The translations under genes and the position numbers were made by a program. From contig NC_068982.1 in the NCBI RefSeq assembly GCF_001194135.2, forward strand, positions 51,619,591 to 51,683,590: a stretch of DNA of 64,000 nt, read 5' to 3'. Shown here one piece after another: positions 26,086-38,510 of the stretch. Position 1 is the stretch's first letter, and each line of letters opens with the position of its first letter. The notes below the pieces were generated by a model that saw only the letters and a program-made list of their open reading frames with translations, did not search any database and was not told the DNA's origin. Origin of the DNA: Octopus bimaculoides (lineage: Eukaryota).

Positions 26086-26490
26086 TTTCACAAACATAAT
26101 ATATGAACATAATTTTAAACCTGTTGTATGTAGAATTTAGCTGACATTTTCTTAGTCAAATGACTACCATCAAAGCATCTACAGAATGTTCTAGTAAGAC
26201 TTTCAGTTTGAAGATATTTTTGCATCAGAACACAAGAGAAATAAAATAAAACTCTGAGCCAAGGAAGTAAGGTCTCTGTATAGTCCTTTGACATGCTAGA
26301 AATAGCAACCAAACTTCTCTCAGATCACTTTTTGATGACTTAAAGAAAGGACACACTGGATTATTTTGCATTACTTGGAGGAGGGAGGTCTCCAAGACTA
26401 CTGGGAGGAAGTGGAAAGATATTCTCAGGCCTGATTCCTGGCCAGAATGCAGATGACTGAAGGCATCAAGAGTCAGATGGCAGTGTTTAA

Positions 26491-26704
26491 TCCTTTAGCA
26501 TTCAGATAACTCTGTCAAATGTCATGCTTATTTATTCACATTGTTTTGAATTAATCATATATTATCTCATAGCTTTGAAATTTTGATGATGTAGTTGTAT
26601 ATTTTTTGAATGTCATTGTTGAGTGAGAGGCCCAACATGGCTGGTTTGAACATAAAACAGGTAGAATATTTAGGCTGGATATGGTTGGTTTAAATGCTAA
26701 AGGG
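26491..26704. mobile_element. TTAA-flanked MITE (piggyBac-like ends)
   Basis: TTAA|tcctttagcatt ... aatgctaaaggg|TTGA. Confidence 0.8.
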
Positions 26705-26944
26705 TTGATTTACCAGTCACTAAATGAGCTGACAGATTAAGTCATTGATCGACCAACCAGGTGATGGATTAAGTTCATGATCCACCAACTGACTTGATGG
26801 ATTAAGTCAACTGACCACTAATGCTAGATGCACTGTACTCCTCCACCCCAAAAAAAAGCCCATATCTGGAAAACCTTTGATCAGAATTGACCTGGGGCTA
26901 AACAAAAGAATGAGAAGCTGAGAGAAAAATCTTTTATTTTTTCT

Positions 26945-27285
26945 ATTTTTAGTCATTGGACTGCAGCCTTAGAAGGTTTTAGTCAAATAAATCAGCCTCT
27001 GTACTCATTTTTAAGTCTGTTATATATTCTGTTGGTCTCTTTTGCCAAATTGCTAAGTTGCAGTGACATAAACAAACCAGTACCAGTTGGCAAGTGGTCA
27101 CGCACACACACCTGTCAGGCAGGCTTCTACACAGTTTCCATCTACCAAATTCGCACACAGGGCATTTGGCTACCCTGGAGCTAAACTAGAAGATACTTTC
27201 CCAAGATGCCATACAGTGGAGCAGAAACCCAAACCACGAGGTTGTGAAGCAAACTTCTCTCCCAAAATATATAGCTGTGCACCTC
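26945..27285 (-). mobile_element. SINE family A, decayed
   Basis: agtcattggactgcagcc..ttggtctcttttgccaaattgctaag..cagtttccatctaccaaattcgcacac. Confidence 0.85.
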
Positions 27286-28419
27286 TGTTAAAACTCTATA
27301 TATGGTTTTCATGATGTATACTGATAACTGAAAATGGTATTTCACTGCTTTTGTCTTATGCCTACAACCTTTACTGGAGATGGCACAGTATCATTACTCT
27401 CCCCCCAAAACACAACTTTGATTCATAATTCATACTCATTCCTTTTCAGCAGATTGCTGGAGCCGCACACTTTCCAACATTAATTAAATATTTAAAAATT
27501 GTTCCTATATTCAAATATAACAAGGATTAATTCAACAACTACCAAATTGCATACATCCAACATTTTAAAGCATTTTAGCTTGGTAAGTGAGAAGCTTATT
27601 GCCAGATGTGACAAGAGCATGGTTCCATGATGGGCTTCATAAGCACCCTATTTACTTGCAGATTCTTCCACAGTTTCTGACTTTCACTTGGACTACTTTT
27701 AGAGATTTAGCAGCACCCTAAAGGTCTAGTTTCTCCCCCCCCCCCCCCCACACACACACACACCACCACCACCAGTTCTGAAGTCCTGCAAAGGTCATGA
27801 GTGTTACCCTTTCTCTTGTTTACTAAATCATAAACAGTTTAACTTCGCCTGAATTTCTGAGATCTTGAATTACATTGTTATACATGGATTATTTGAACCA
27901 GTGTCCTACAGAACTATGGGATAGTCAATTAAGTGTTAAGCATATTACTGAAGGTGCATGGCCTAGTAGTTAAGGTGTTGAAATCTTGATTGTATGGTTG
28001 CGGTTTTGATTCTTAAACTGGGTAGCACATTGAGTTCTTGAGAAGAATAAATCATTTCACTTTGCTGTGGTTGATTCAGTTGACAATAGATACAAGCAAT
28101 AGCTGGAGGTTAGCTCTGTGATCAACTGGCATCTCATTCAGGTGTAAGCATTGTACTTGTGGTTGCTTATACACCATGGAAGCCAGAATAAAAAGAACAC
28201 AGCTTAATAAGGCCATAGGCTTATCGTAGACTTTAGAGTTAAGTCAAGTAGATTAGTTAGTGGACATGCGTTGAATTTCTACATTAGCCAAACAATACAT
28301 ACTCTGGTTCAGGCAGAATGAGCAAATGGTGTCACAAGTTGAAGAACACCTCTGGTATAAACAACAGAATGAGAACAATCTATTCTCATGAATTTATTTC
28401 AGAATATAACAAAATATGA

Positions 28420-29750
28420 CTGGTATGGGAAGAAGGTTGAAAGATTATACCAGCCAGAATATGAGTGTTAGTTTTTTTAACCAGGTATGTCTTATGCTGT
28501 TATCAATCTATGGCTACAAGAAAGCTCATTATCCTCTACTTTATTGATAAAAATCTTATACAAGGGAATCCTGCAGTATTTGTAGACCTTGAACTATGTT
28601 TTGATACCATAGATTACCAAATGCTGACATCAATATAACAACACTATACAAGGCATAGTGATGGCACTCCGTCGCTTACGACATCAAGGGTTCCAGTTGA
28701 TCCGATCAACGGAACAGCCTGCTCATGAAATTAACGTGCAAGTGGCTGAGCACTCCACAGACACGTGTACCCTTAACGTACTTCTCGGGGATATTCAGCG
28801 TGACACAGTGTGACAAGGCTGGCCCTTTGAAATACAGGTACAACAGAAACAAGAAGAAAGAGCGAGAGAAGGTTGTGGTGAAAGAGTACAGCAGGGTTCG
28901 CCACCATCCCCTGCCGGAGCCTCGTGGAACTTTAGGTGTTTTCGCTCAATAAACACTCACAACGCCCGGTCTGGGAATCGAAACCGCGATCCTATGACCG
29001 TGAGTCCACTGCCCTAACCACAGGGCCATTGCACCTCCACACAAGTCATAATATAAAAGTGGTTACTGTACATATAGGTTACTGTATTTAGTGCTTGTTA
29101 ACTTCAGATGTCTTGAAACTAGTGCAGCTCCTGGTTTCCTCCTAATTCAATACTTGGGTCACTACTATTCATAATCTACAAAATACGATGTGCATGCAAG
29201 CAACCATAAATTTAGATTTACATTACTTTTATGGACAATTCAACCTTCCTCATCAGTGAAAGTGACGTTAAAACATGTTTTAGAAAACTAAGCAGACTGT
29301 TTTAATTCCAATAGACAAGCCTTAAACACTGTGCAAACAAATGTTGCTTACTTAACTTGGGTGCTGTGGTACTATTGATAACACTATCCGCACACTTGAT
29401 ATAATTCAAAGCCAGAAAGACGAGTGATGGTGATACAACTTTTCATGCTTTCCTGTGTAGACAAATAGATTACAAAATATGAGTTAACATAACATGTTAA
29501 TTTTTTATTTCAATTTTATTTTTTCCCCATTGGTAGAGGAGTAGAGCACATGATCATTGTCGACCCTCTCAGAATGGTGAAATTAACTTGGCCAATGATA
29601 CTCAGCCTCAACATCTCTAGGTCAATGTTCGCAGAAAAATGTGGACTAATCAATCTAAAAATTTTGAAAGCTATCATTTTTACTGTAAAGCAAAAATTTC
29701 CCACTCTGTAAAAGCATTCATATCTTTGTATTGAGCAGTTATGTTCAAAT
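28420..29750 (+). mobile_element. Ancient CR1/L2-like LINE reverse transcriptase remnant, split by a SINE
   Basis: AVFVDLELCFDTIDYQML (cf. FVDL.KAFDT.DH.IL) lies before the SINE. SILGSLLFIIY (cf. QGSILGPLLF) and FMDNST (cf. FADD) lie after it, in the expected order. Confidence 0.7.
28658..29041 (-). mobile_element. tRNA-derived SINE family D, young
   Basis: Minus-strand head has an A box (tggccctgtgg) and a B box (ggtttcgattcc). CpG-rich. A decayed partial copy is at ~36530-36705. Confidence 0.9.
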
Positions 29751-30594
29751 ATTGATACTCTAGCTTCTGGTGACAGGAAACTAAACACACTCTATACTTA
29801 ATTGCACTAATAAAACACCAGTACAATTTAATAGTTTCTCTGAAGAAACCAGTTTCTCTAGTATTCCGTCTTTAAGGATTTGTTTTAAGTAAATTATGTC
29901 TCTTAGAATTTGTTTTAAGTAAATTTATGTCTCTTATTTATATATCACTTGACAGATAATGAATTCCCCAAATATGTTGAAACCTTTTTAAGACTAGTTC
30001 AGTTGCAGACCAACTACTAAAGTAGAATAGAAAAATGTTCAAAAGTATTCCATGTCACTGCAAAAAGAGTCCAAAGACAAAGAAAAACAATCATATAAAG
30101 TACATGTAAAAATTATCTATGCAAACATGCTTCGCATGGAACCGGCTCCATGTGATTGGTCATATTTTTTTAATGACATAGATAAATTGCAACATCAGAT
30201 TTAGTGATCTGATTGTCAAATATTCCTGTTGAACTTTTATCTAATTTAGTTTTACTGAAATTTGTTCTATTTCATTCAAGTTTGTTTTTTTGTTTCTTCT
30301 TCTTTTAAAAAGGAGTGTTCTGGAAGAAAGCTTAGGCTAAGAATATTGCTTTTTTTATTGTTTTTTTATCTATACTTTTGTATCACTATTTTTGGAAATC
30401 AAATGAAATATCTTTTTGTCTATCTTCTGTATTTTGCATCCTGTCCCTGCTCACTAATCTTTTAAGTGTATGCTTTCACCTGGAGAAAATTGTTATGTCT
30501 ATTGCTGAATGTTACTACTATTACTCTTCCTGTCACTTCCTGTTTCCATGCCAAGTTAACCTATGAATCCCTAAAACCCTATATTACACATATA

Positions 30595-30900
30595 TCTATA
30601 TACATAAAACTGAGAATATGTGTCTGTCTGTCTGTCTGTCTGTCTATAAGTGTGAATCCCTAAAACTTGAAAAGTACTCAACCGATTTCATTCAAATTTT
30701 GCACATGCATTACTTAGGATCCATAGAAATTCATGGTCCCCAAAAAATTTCAACTTCTTGCTTAATGCAGGCCTGGAGCAATCTTTTAGGCCGGTTCGGT
30801 AATACATGTCAAATGTGAATATTGTTTCACTTTTATTGTTTCACTTTTAATTCTAATGCGATAACACTAAGTTCAAAAATACACATTTACCGTTCAATTA
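30595..30900 (+). mobile_element. Non-autonomous Helitron-like element, 5' part; 3' end not resolved
   Basis: a|TCtatatacataaaactgag..(gtct)n..tactcaaccgatttcattcaaattttgcac resembles the 5' architecture of Lep1/DINE-1-like rolling-circle elements. No terminal hairpin-CTAG seen. Confidence 0.55.
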
Positions 30901-31079
30901 CCAGTTAATAAATATCACAACAGTTACAAGGTTGCAAGGTATTTACAGTTACATATTAACCCTTAAATTAACATTTAATATGTGCTTAGAATATATATAT
31001 TAAGAAATTTATTTATAATAAATATTGTGGCATTTACCATTAAATTAGCAGTTCATAAATTGTTTTCTATTCAGTTAAT

Positions 31080-31112
<33 letters not shown>

Positions 31113-31247
31113 CATAAATATATAGGGGTCAGCATGAGTTGCTTCAGCAACATACTGAAAATTTAGAAATAGCAGTCAAAGAACTACTGATTCTAAACTA
31201 CAATTTTTTCTCTAACGGATGGCGATATTTATGGCACACATAGAACA

Positions 31248-31288
<41 letters not shown>

Positions 31289-31346
31289 CTAATCACGAAA
31301 CGTCGTACATGATTAACTAAAGGCAGGTTTGCTTTCATTTATTTTT

Positions 31347-31694
31347 NNNNNNNNNNNNNNNNNNNNNNNNNNNNNNNNNNNNNNNNNNNNNNNNNNNNNN
31401 NNNNNNNNNNNNNNNNNNNNNNNNNNNNNNNNNNNNNNNNNNNNNNNNNNNNNNNNNNNNNNNNNNNNNNNNNNNNNNNNNNNNNNNNNNNNNNNNNNNN
31501 NNNNNNNNNNNNNNNNNNNNNNNNNNNNNNNNNNNNNNNNNNNNNNNNNNNNNNNNNNNNNNNNNNNNNNNNNNNNNNNNNNNNNNNNNNNNNNNNNNNN
31601 NNNNNNNNNNNNNNNNNNNNNNNNNNNNNNNNNNNNNNNNNNNNNNNNNNNNNNNNNNNNNNNNNNNNNNNNNNNNNNNNNNNNNNNNNNNNNN
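31347..31694. other. Assembly gap flanked by (TA)n
   Basis: Run of N. Confidence 1.
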
Positions 31695-31749
<55 letters not shown>

Positions 31750-31918
31750 GCCATTTTAATCCCAAGCAACACCAGGTATCTGCTAGTATATATGAAAAGA
31801 GTACTAAAATATGGGATTCAGATAATCATGCATCTATCATAGTAAACTCCTCCTATGGACTTGGCTATCAGTTCACATTGTAATTGATTACAAGGTAGTT
31901 TGATGTAAAGTTTGCATG

Positions 31919-32306
31919 TATAGGCGCAGGAGTGGCTGTGTGGTAAGTAGCTTGCTTACCAACCACATGGTTCGGGTTCATTCCCACTGCGTGGCACCTT
32001 GGGCAAGGCCGACCAAAGCCTTGTGAGTGGATTTGGTAGACGGAAACTGAAAGAAGCCCGTCGTATATATGTATATATATATGTATGCATGTGTCTGTGT
32101 TTGTGTGTCTGTGTTTGTCCCCCCAGCATCGCTTGACAACCAATGGTGGTGTGTTTACGTCCCCGTAACTTAGCGGTTCGGCAAAAGAGACCGATAGAAT
32201 AAGTGCTAGGCTTCTAAAGAATAAGTCCTGGGGTCAATTTGTTTGGTTAAAAGGCAGTGTTCCAGCATGGCCGCAGTCAAATGACTGAAGCAAGTAAAAG
32301 AGTAAG
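31919..32306 (+). mobile_element. SINE family A, young, near full length
   Basis: Head gcgcaggagtggctgtgtggtaagtagcttgcttaccaaccacatggttcgggttcattccc. CpGs retained. Tail gcagtcaaatgactgaagcaagtaaaagagtaag. Confidence 0.95.
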
Positions 32307-32994
32307 TAAAAATCCAGAAAATATGAATTATAAATTATTCTGTTAATATATAAAACATAAAGTCAAGAATATGACAAGTGAATATAGATGTAACCATGAA
32401 GATCTGATGAGTTAGCTTTCTTTATTTACAATAATTTGCAAGTTCACAATTGTATTGTATAATGCCAAGCAAGTATTTTCTTAATGTAAACATGTACTTA
32501 TAATTTCTTGTATATTGAAATTAATACTACACACAAAAGATTACAAAATGGCTGTAACTTTCTGGACATCACAGCTCTAAATGAAACAAGACTCGCATTG
32601 AAAAACAGAAATAATTAAAAGAGGGAAAGAGATATCTATATTTTGATAAAAGTCTAATTGTATCTCATCTAACTCTATCCTTACCAATGAGGAACTTCTG
32701 CACAGTCACTCACTTTGCTAGAAATAGCAGCCAAATTTCCCTCAAGTCTCACCTTACTTCAAAAAAATGGTAAGAAATCAACAAAATCATGCATTGAACA
32801 ATGTATTCTGGGGTACACAGTACCTGAAAAGACAAAGGCATTTGACCTGCTAAAAATAGCTGTCAAACTTCATTTACTACCCTGTGACAGAAAAATAAAA
32901 CTGGCTGTATGCTATGGCTGAGATGTTTTTTTATCCATAGACCTGCTAGATCATGGCTGAGCAACTTCGTTCTACCTATTTTTATCTTTTTTTT

Positions 32995-33362
32995 TTTACT
33001 TGCTTCAATCATTGGACTATAGCCATGTTGGGACACCACCTTGTACAGTTTACTCAAGCAAATCAATCCTGGTACTTATTTCTTTAGGTCAGGTACTTAT
33101 TCTATCAGTCTCTCTTTTGCCAAACTGCAAAGTTACAAAGATGTAAACAAACCAACACTAGTTGTCAAATGTTTTGTATGGGGGAATAAACAAACACATA
33201 CATGCACGACAGGCTTCCATGCAGTTTCCATCTACCAAATTCACTCACAGGCTTTGGTTAGCCTAGGCCTACCATTGAAGACACTTTCCCCAAGGTGCTG
33301 CACAGTAAGGACAGAACCTGAAACTATGTGAAAGTGAGCCTCTTAGCTACACAGCCATGCCC
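32995..33362 (-). mobile_element. SINE family A, decayed
   Basis: Reverse-complement similarity to 31919-32306. Confidence 0.88.
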
Positions 33363-34361
33363 TATAAAATAATAAATTTGTTTATTAATTTCTCTTCCTA
33401 AATTACCAGGTTGATTAGTGTGAGACTCATAATCATTTCTGCTTTCCAGTGAACTGTCTTTTATAACAGTTGATAGTTGCTGACACATCAATTGCTAATA
33501 TAACTTGCTTTACAATGATTTGCTAAGCAAGGGGCCAATGACTGTTGCCTTTCCCTATCTTCACATCTTTAATCTTGTCTTGTAATGTTTGTTCCTAATT
33601 AGTATACAAACTTTGTCTGATGTCTACAGCTGGTCTCTTTGGTTGCCCAGATAGGGATGTGTGTGTATACATACATATATACACATACTCACATGCATAC
33701 AGATGTGTAGATACAGCATACAAGACACACAAGCTTGCCCCATACACACTATTAAAAAGGCATAAAGTAAGTTGTCCAGATTTATCAATTCTTGTTTACC
33801 TAACAAGTTACCTGCCAACAAGTTGAATGTTGTATTTAATGAGCCAAATTACATAGATGAACTTATCCAGTAAAATATTTTTTGCTGCTTAGATAAATAT
33901 TGTGTGTACTTTAAAGTTTCTCTTAGATTAACTTTTCTTCCTGTATTAGGCAATGCTTTTTTTGTGAGGTGGGGAGGTGCTAGTTCTTTAACAAATAGTA
34001 TTAATTATACTTAATTGATTGGAATAATTTAATAAGCTCAGTTAAAACCCTGTTGTGGAAATACAGAGAAATTCTCCCAAAATAACCTGTAATTTAAAAG
34101 TTTATATGTCTGTTGTAAGTTAGATATTAGAGGCTGAAAAATAAAGAATTATAGAAATTTGATTGTTCTATTATGTATGAAGTCTTAGGCATTCAAAATT
34201 TTGTGTGGGCCAGAAATATGTTTCAACTCCTAATAAATCAACAAATTTATATATCATATAGAAGGAACAGGTGGATTTGGCTGTAACAAAATTAACTCTT
34301 GATAGCTGTACATAGTGATACACTTATGTGTATTCATATAAAGTCTCTTTTATGTATGTTC

Positions 34362-34575
34362 TAAGCTGGCAGAATCATTAGCACATTGGACATAATGTTT
34401 TGCAACAAATATTCTGACTCCTTATATTCAGAGTTCAAATACCACTGAGGCTGATTTTATCTTTCACCTTTTCAGGGTCAATTAAATACTACTCAAATAC
34501 TGAGGCCAATTGTGATTGACCGACCACATTACTTCAAAATCACTGGTTTTTTGTCAAAATTTGAAACCATTATTA
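34362..34575 (+). mobile_element. SINE family B, decayed
   Basis: aagctggcagaatcattagc..cagagttcaaataccactgaggctg..tttcagggtcaa..gtcaaaatttgaaaccattatt. Confidence 0.75.
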
Positions 34576-34696
34576 TGATAATTATATTGGAAAAGTTCAA
34601 TTTAAGTTAGTTTGTGGAGGATTTCTTTTAGCACATCTTCAGATCTATGCTTATAAACTATTGGAATGGACTAAGTAGTTTCTTGTCATCTCACAG

Positions 34697-34711
34697 TTAT
34701 CATTTTTACCT
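34697..34711 (+). CDS. Candidate 15-nt microexon, or the 3' end of a longer exon from ~34632
   Basis: tttcttgtcatctcacag|TTATCATTTTTACCT|gtaagt. Confidence 0.2.
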
Positions 34712-35741
34712 GTAAGTTTATTTATTGCACCATTTTATAACACTAAAACATGAAATTATCAACTGGTTACTATATATACTACAATAGTATCCAGAAACAA
34801 AATGCAAAACATAACTTTTTTTAAACCTCAATCTATCTCAGCATATTTATTTCATTAGCTTCTTCCATCTTCTAAATAGTTTCCCTAATGAAGGATTAAT
34901 GTTTTGAATCCATTATCACACCTCCAAATCATATTACGCATGGCTGAGTTGTAACCAGATGTGAATATTTCTTCTTAAAGTTCAGCCAGTCCTTTTAAAT
35001 TATCTAGCTACTCTGTGTGCTAAACAGCAATTCAAACACTGACTAATATTCTACATGATGTCAGTGACTCTAAGGTAGGTTTTTTTTTAATTATAATAAT
35101 AGTTTTGTTAGTTAAACAACTCTGTCAAGCCTAGCTGTTTATGTGATCAGTTGTGATTTTTTTTTTTTTTTTTTTTTCCAAAGTTTTGCTCATCTTTTTA
35201 ATTTAAATATAAAGCCACTATACACACCAAACAGCAATCCAAACACTGACCAGCCTTCTACTTCGTGTCAATGACTGAGATAACTTTTTATTACAATGAT
35301 AGAATTTTTGTTTGCTAAACAACTCTGACAAGCTTGGCTGTGTATGTGTTACTAAGAATATGTTTTGCTCTCAGTAACATGAGCAATGCTAAAATTCATA
35401 AAACTTCTCTACATATTATTATTCTACTTGGATTAAAATAACATATGATTCTGCCACTATTTATATCTTAGAAGCAATTAAACTCATTCTCAAAGTAATC
35501 AGTTTCATAATCACTTTTGCTGATGCAGACCTTCTTGTACAATTTGCAAATTGCAAATATTTATGAACATATATTTTACATCCTAAAAAAACTACTGTTT
35601 TTCTTTTTTTATAGTCATTAAAGACTTTATTCTGATTATTATAAAGTGCATTCTTTTCCAGTACATTTTTTCCATATTTATTCAGAAAAAATGTACAATC
35701 TTATTTTGTTAACATCTTTGCTGAATTTGAAAATTACTACC

Positions 35742-35980
35742 ATTCTCTGTTTCTTGTTTCTTTATTGCCCACAAGGGGCTAAACATAGAGGGGACAAACA
35801 AGGACAGACAAAGGGGTTAAGTCGATTGCATCGACCCTAGTGCGTAACTGGTACTTAATTTATCAACCCTGAAAGGATGAAAGGCAAAGTCGACCTCAGC
35901 GGAATTTGAACTCAGGACGTAACAGCAGACAAAATACCACTAAACATTTCGCCTGGCGCGCTAACGTTTCTGCCAACTCA
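35742..35980 (-). mobile_element. SINE family B, young
   Basis: CpG-rich gtcgacctcagcggaatttgaactcaggacgtaac..cgcctggcgcgctaacgtttctgccaactcacc. Confidence 0.92.
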
Positions 35981-38510
35981 CCTGTTTCTATCTTACACTA
36001 TATAACCACCTCTTACAATTACAGCTTTATCATGTTGCTCTCAGTTGTTTTCCATGTATGTCTTGTATCGACTGTGTTGTCTTTCATACAATTTTTAATG
36101 CCTCTCTCACAGTGAAATGATACAGAATATGAATTCAATATAACATTTTCATTCACAAAATCCATAAAGTAATTCTCTCACCAGTTTTTGTGGTTTTATC
36201 TGAGTTAACTGTAACCAAAGCTCCATCGTTGTTCAGTAATCTCAGGTCAGCCTTGACCAAGTAGACCCATAATTAAGGATGTCCCAGCTATGAATTTCTT
36301 ATTCTTTATGTAGGACTATATTATCCAACATATCCTATTTTACCTTTTAAATGATAAGGTGTGGTTTGAGAGAGAGATTTGGCTTCTATTTCTAGCAGAT
36401 TAAGTAACTGCATAGACATCTTCAATACTTTGTATTTTCATTAAATGAAGGTTAACATATCTTAATGCTGTTAATCTAGGAACATTTTTTTATCAAGTTC
36501 ACTCAGCTGAGAAAAATGAGTTGTACCAGTATTTCAAAGGGCCTGCCTTATCACATTCTGTGTCTGCTGGATCTCCCTGAGAATTAGATTAAGTGTATGC
36601 ATGTCTGTGGAGTGCTCAGCCACTTAGGTGTTAATTTCACAAGCTGGCTGTTCTGTTGATTGGATCAACTGCAACCCTTGTCATTGTAACCAATGGAGTG
36701 CCAGAAAAATCAAATCAATAATTATTAATCCAGTATGATTGAGCATACATGTACATATATGAATATTCTTACACTGACATTTTTTTGAACATTTTTTTAC
36801 TAATTTTACTTGATGGTCAACTTCCTGAGTCTCACTCTTATGAGTATTAGAAGGTTACTAAAATAAATAAAAGCCAAGTATTATTAAAAAAAAAGAATTA
36901 AATGAAATAAATTTCCTAAAAGATATGTAAGAGTTTAAATGATTATTGGATGATTCATTACTTCCTTTTGTGAACTATTAAGATTCTAAAAAAATTTTAT
37001 GTGTATTATAATAATGTAAGTTAAAGTTTTACTAACACTTTAACCTAAAACTTTGACTAAACTGGTTGTTTGTTATTTCTGTATTCGATTGTTTTATAAA
37101 GCAATAACTATTTCAATGACAATCACTTCCTTTCATATGAAGGTTGCTCAGACTCAGTCAGTAATAGATTAATTATATAATTACGTTTTCAGTTACTATA
37201 TTAATTTATAAAAGATTACCTTACAAGATCATTTAATTTGTTTTTTGTATTTTTTTATTTATAGCATTTAAGAAAACCAAAAGCAAATCTGTGATCAAAG
37301 ATGTTATCACCATTATCAACCCATCTTTCCTTCAAGCAGTGGCTTACATTATCTAACATCCTTTCTTTTTGAAGATAATAGTGTAATTTAATAGAGATTT
37401 GGCTGCTATTTCTAGCTAGTCAGACAATCACATTGAGGCTCTTGTTGGTTCATTTATTGCATGCACATTTTAGTGCTGAGGAATTTCTAGTGCTTGGGCA
37501 ATGTTGAGTGAATGGCTACCAAGAATACATGAGAACAGTAAATAAATATTGCTTCCAATGCTGTCACTAAGTTCAAAGAAGTGTTTCACTCATCAAGTGC
37601 AGAAATTGCAACTCTCTATGAACTACAACTCTTAGTTTGTTGTGACTGAAAAAAAGAGTTTGGAGAACTTCTGCTTCTGTTAAGATAAATATTTTCTTTT
37701 TATACTCAAGGCTAACTGCTATGGTATGTGCTAAAAGTTCTGTGCTAGGTAGTACTGAAATATAGAAAGTAAGGGACAGATCTACAGTGACTGTAAAACA
37801 ATGTTATATGTATAGTTGTCAAATACATAGGAGGAGAGGCAAACTAAACTTTAGGTAGTTTAATGTATTAGAGATTAGAATTATCTGATGCTATCAGCTG
37901 GTGATTTGAATGGTGGATGGACTGATTACATGATAGTAGATGACAGCCACAAGGGTATGCCAAAGATATTAAGTATCATACGAGTGGAACAGGCCTAGAA
38001 TTTGATGGAAAAAAATGTTATTTATAAAATAGAGTAAATTTGACAACCTATTAAACCCATCTTGTTTGACAAAAGAAAGAACAGACTGGCAATTTAATTA
38101 TGAGATGACAATCTTATTGTAAACATAATTTTTTCTTTTTTTTTTCTCTTTTTTTAGGGAATATGTTCATACATTCCAACTCATATTTATTTTTGTCTTG
38201 AATAATTATTTTTTGTCAATAATTAACAAAGATATGCAATATATAATTTTTGCTTCAAAGTAAGATATAAATACAGAAGTTAATGCTGTTAGGAGATTGA
38301 CCACATTATCATATATCAAAATTAATTTATGTTCTGGATCAAACATACACATCTAAACCTACCTGACTGAATGACTATAACATTTACTTAGCAATAAAAT
38401 GAGTCAAAACTGAGAAAACAAATGCCTCAATAATAGATATTCATTGGAGTCATCAACTGTTACAGCACATCACTACATCCAAACAGCTATATAATCACAA
38501 TCTTATGATA

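Noticed and set aside
28960-29040. tRNA-like sequences with A and B boxes (also SINE heads at 31919, 3604 and others)
   Set aside because: They are SINE heads continuing into SINE bodies, with no complete cloverleaf, so they are not tRNA genes.
30505-30550. Tandem ETS-like CAGGAAG(T) motifs on the minus strand
   Set aside because: Short motifs are expected by chance, and there is no other promoter evidence here.
31313-31883. Long ORFs containing X runs (also 43572-43857)
   Set aside because: Artefacts of translating through N gaps.
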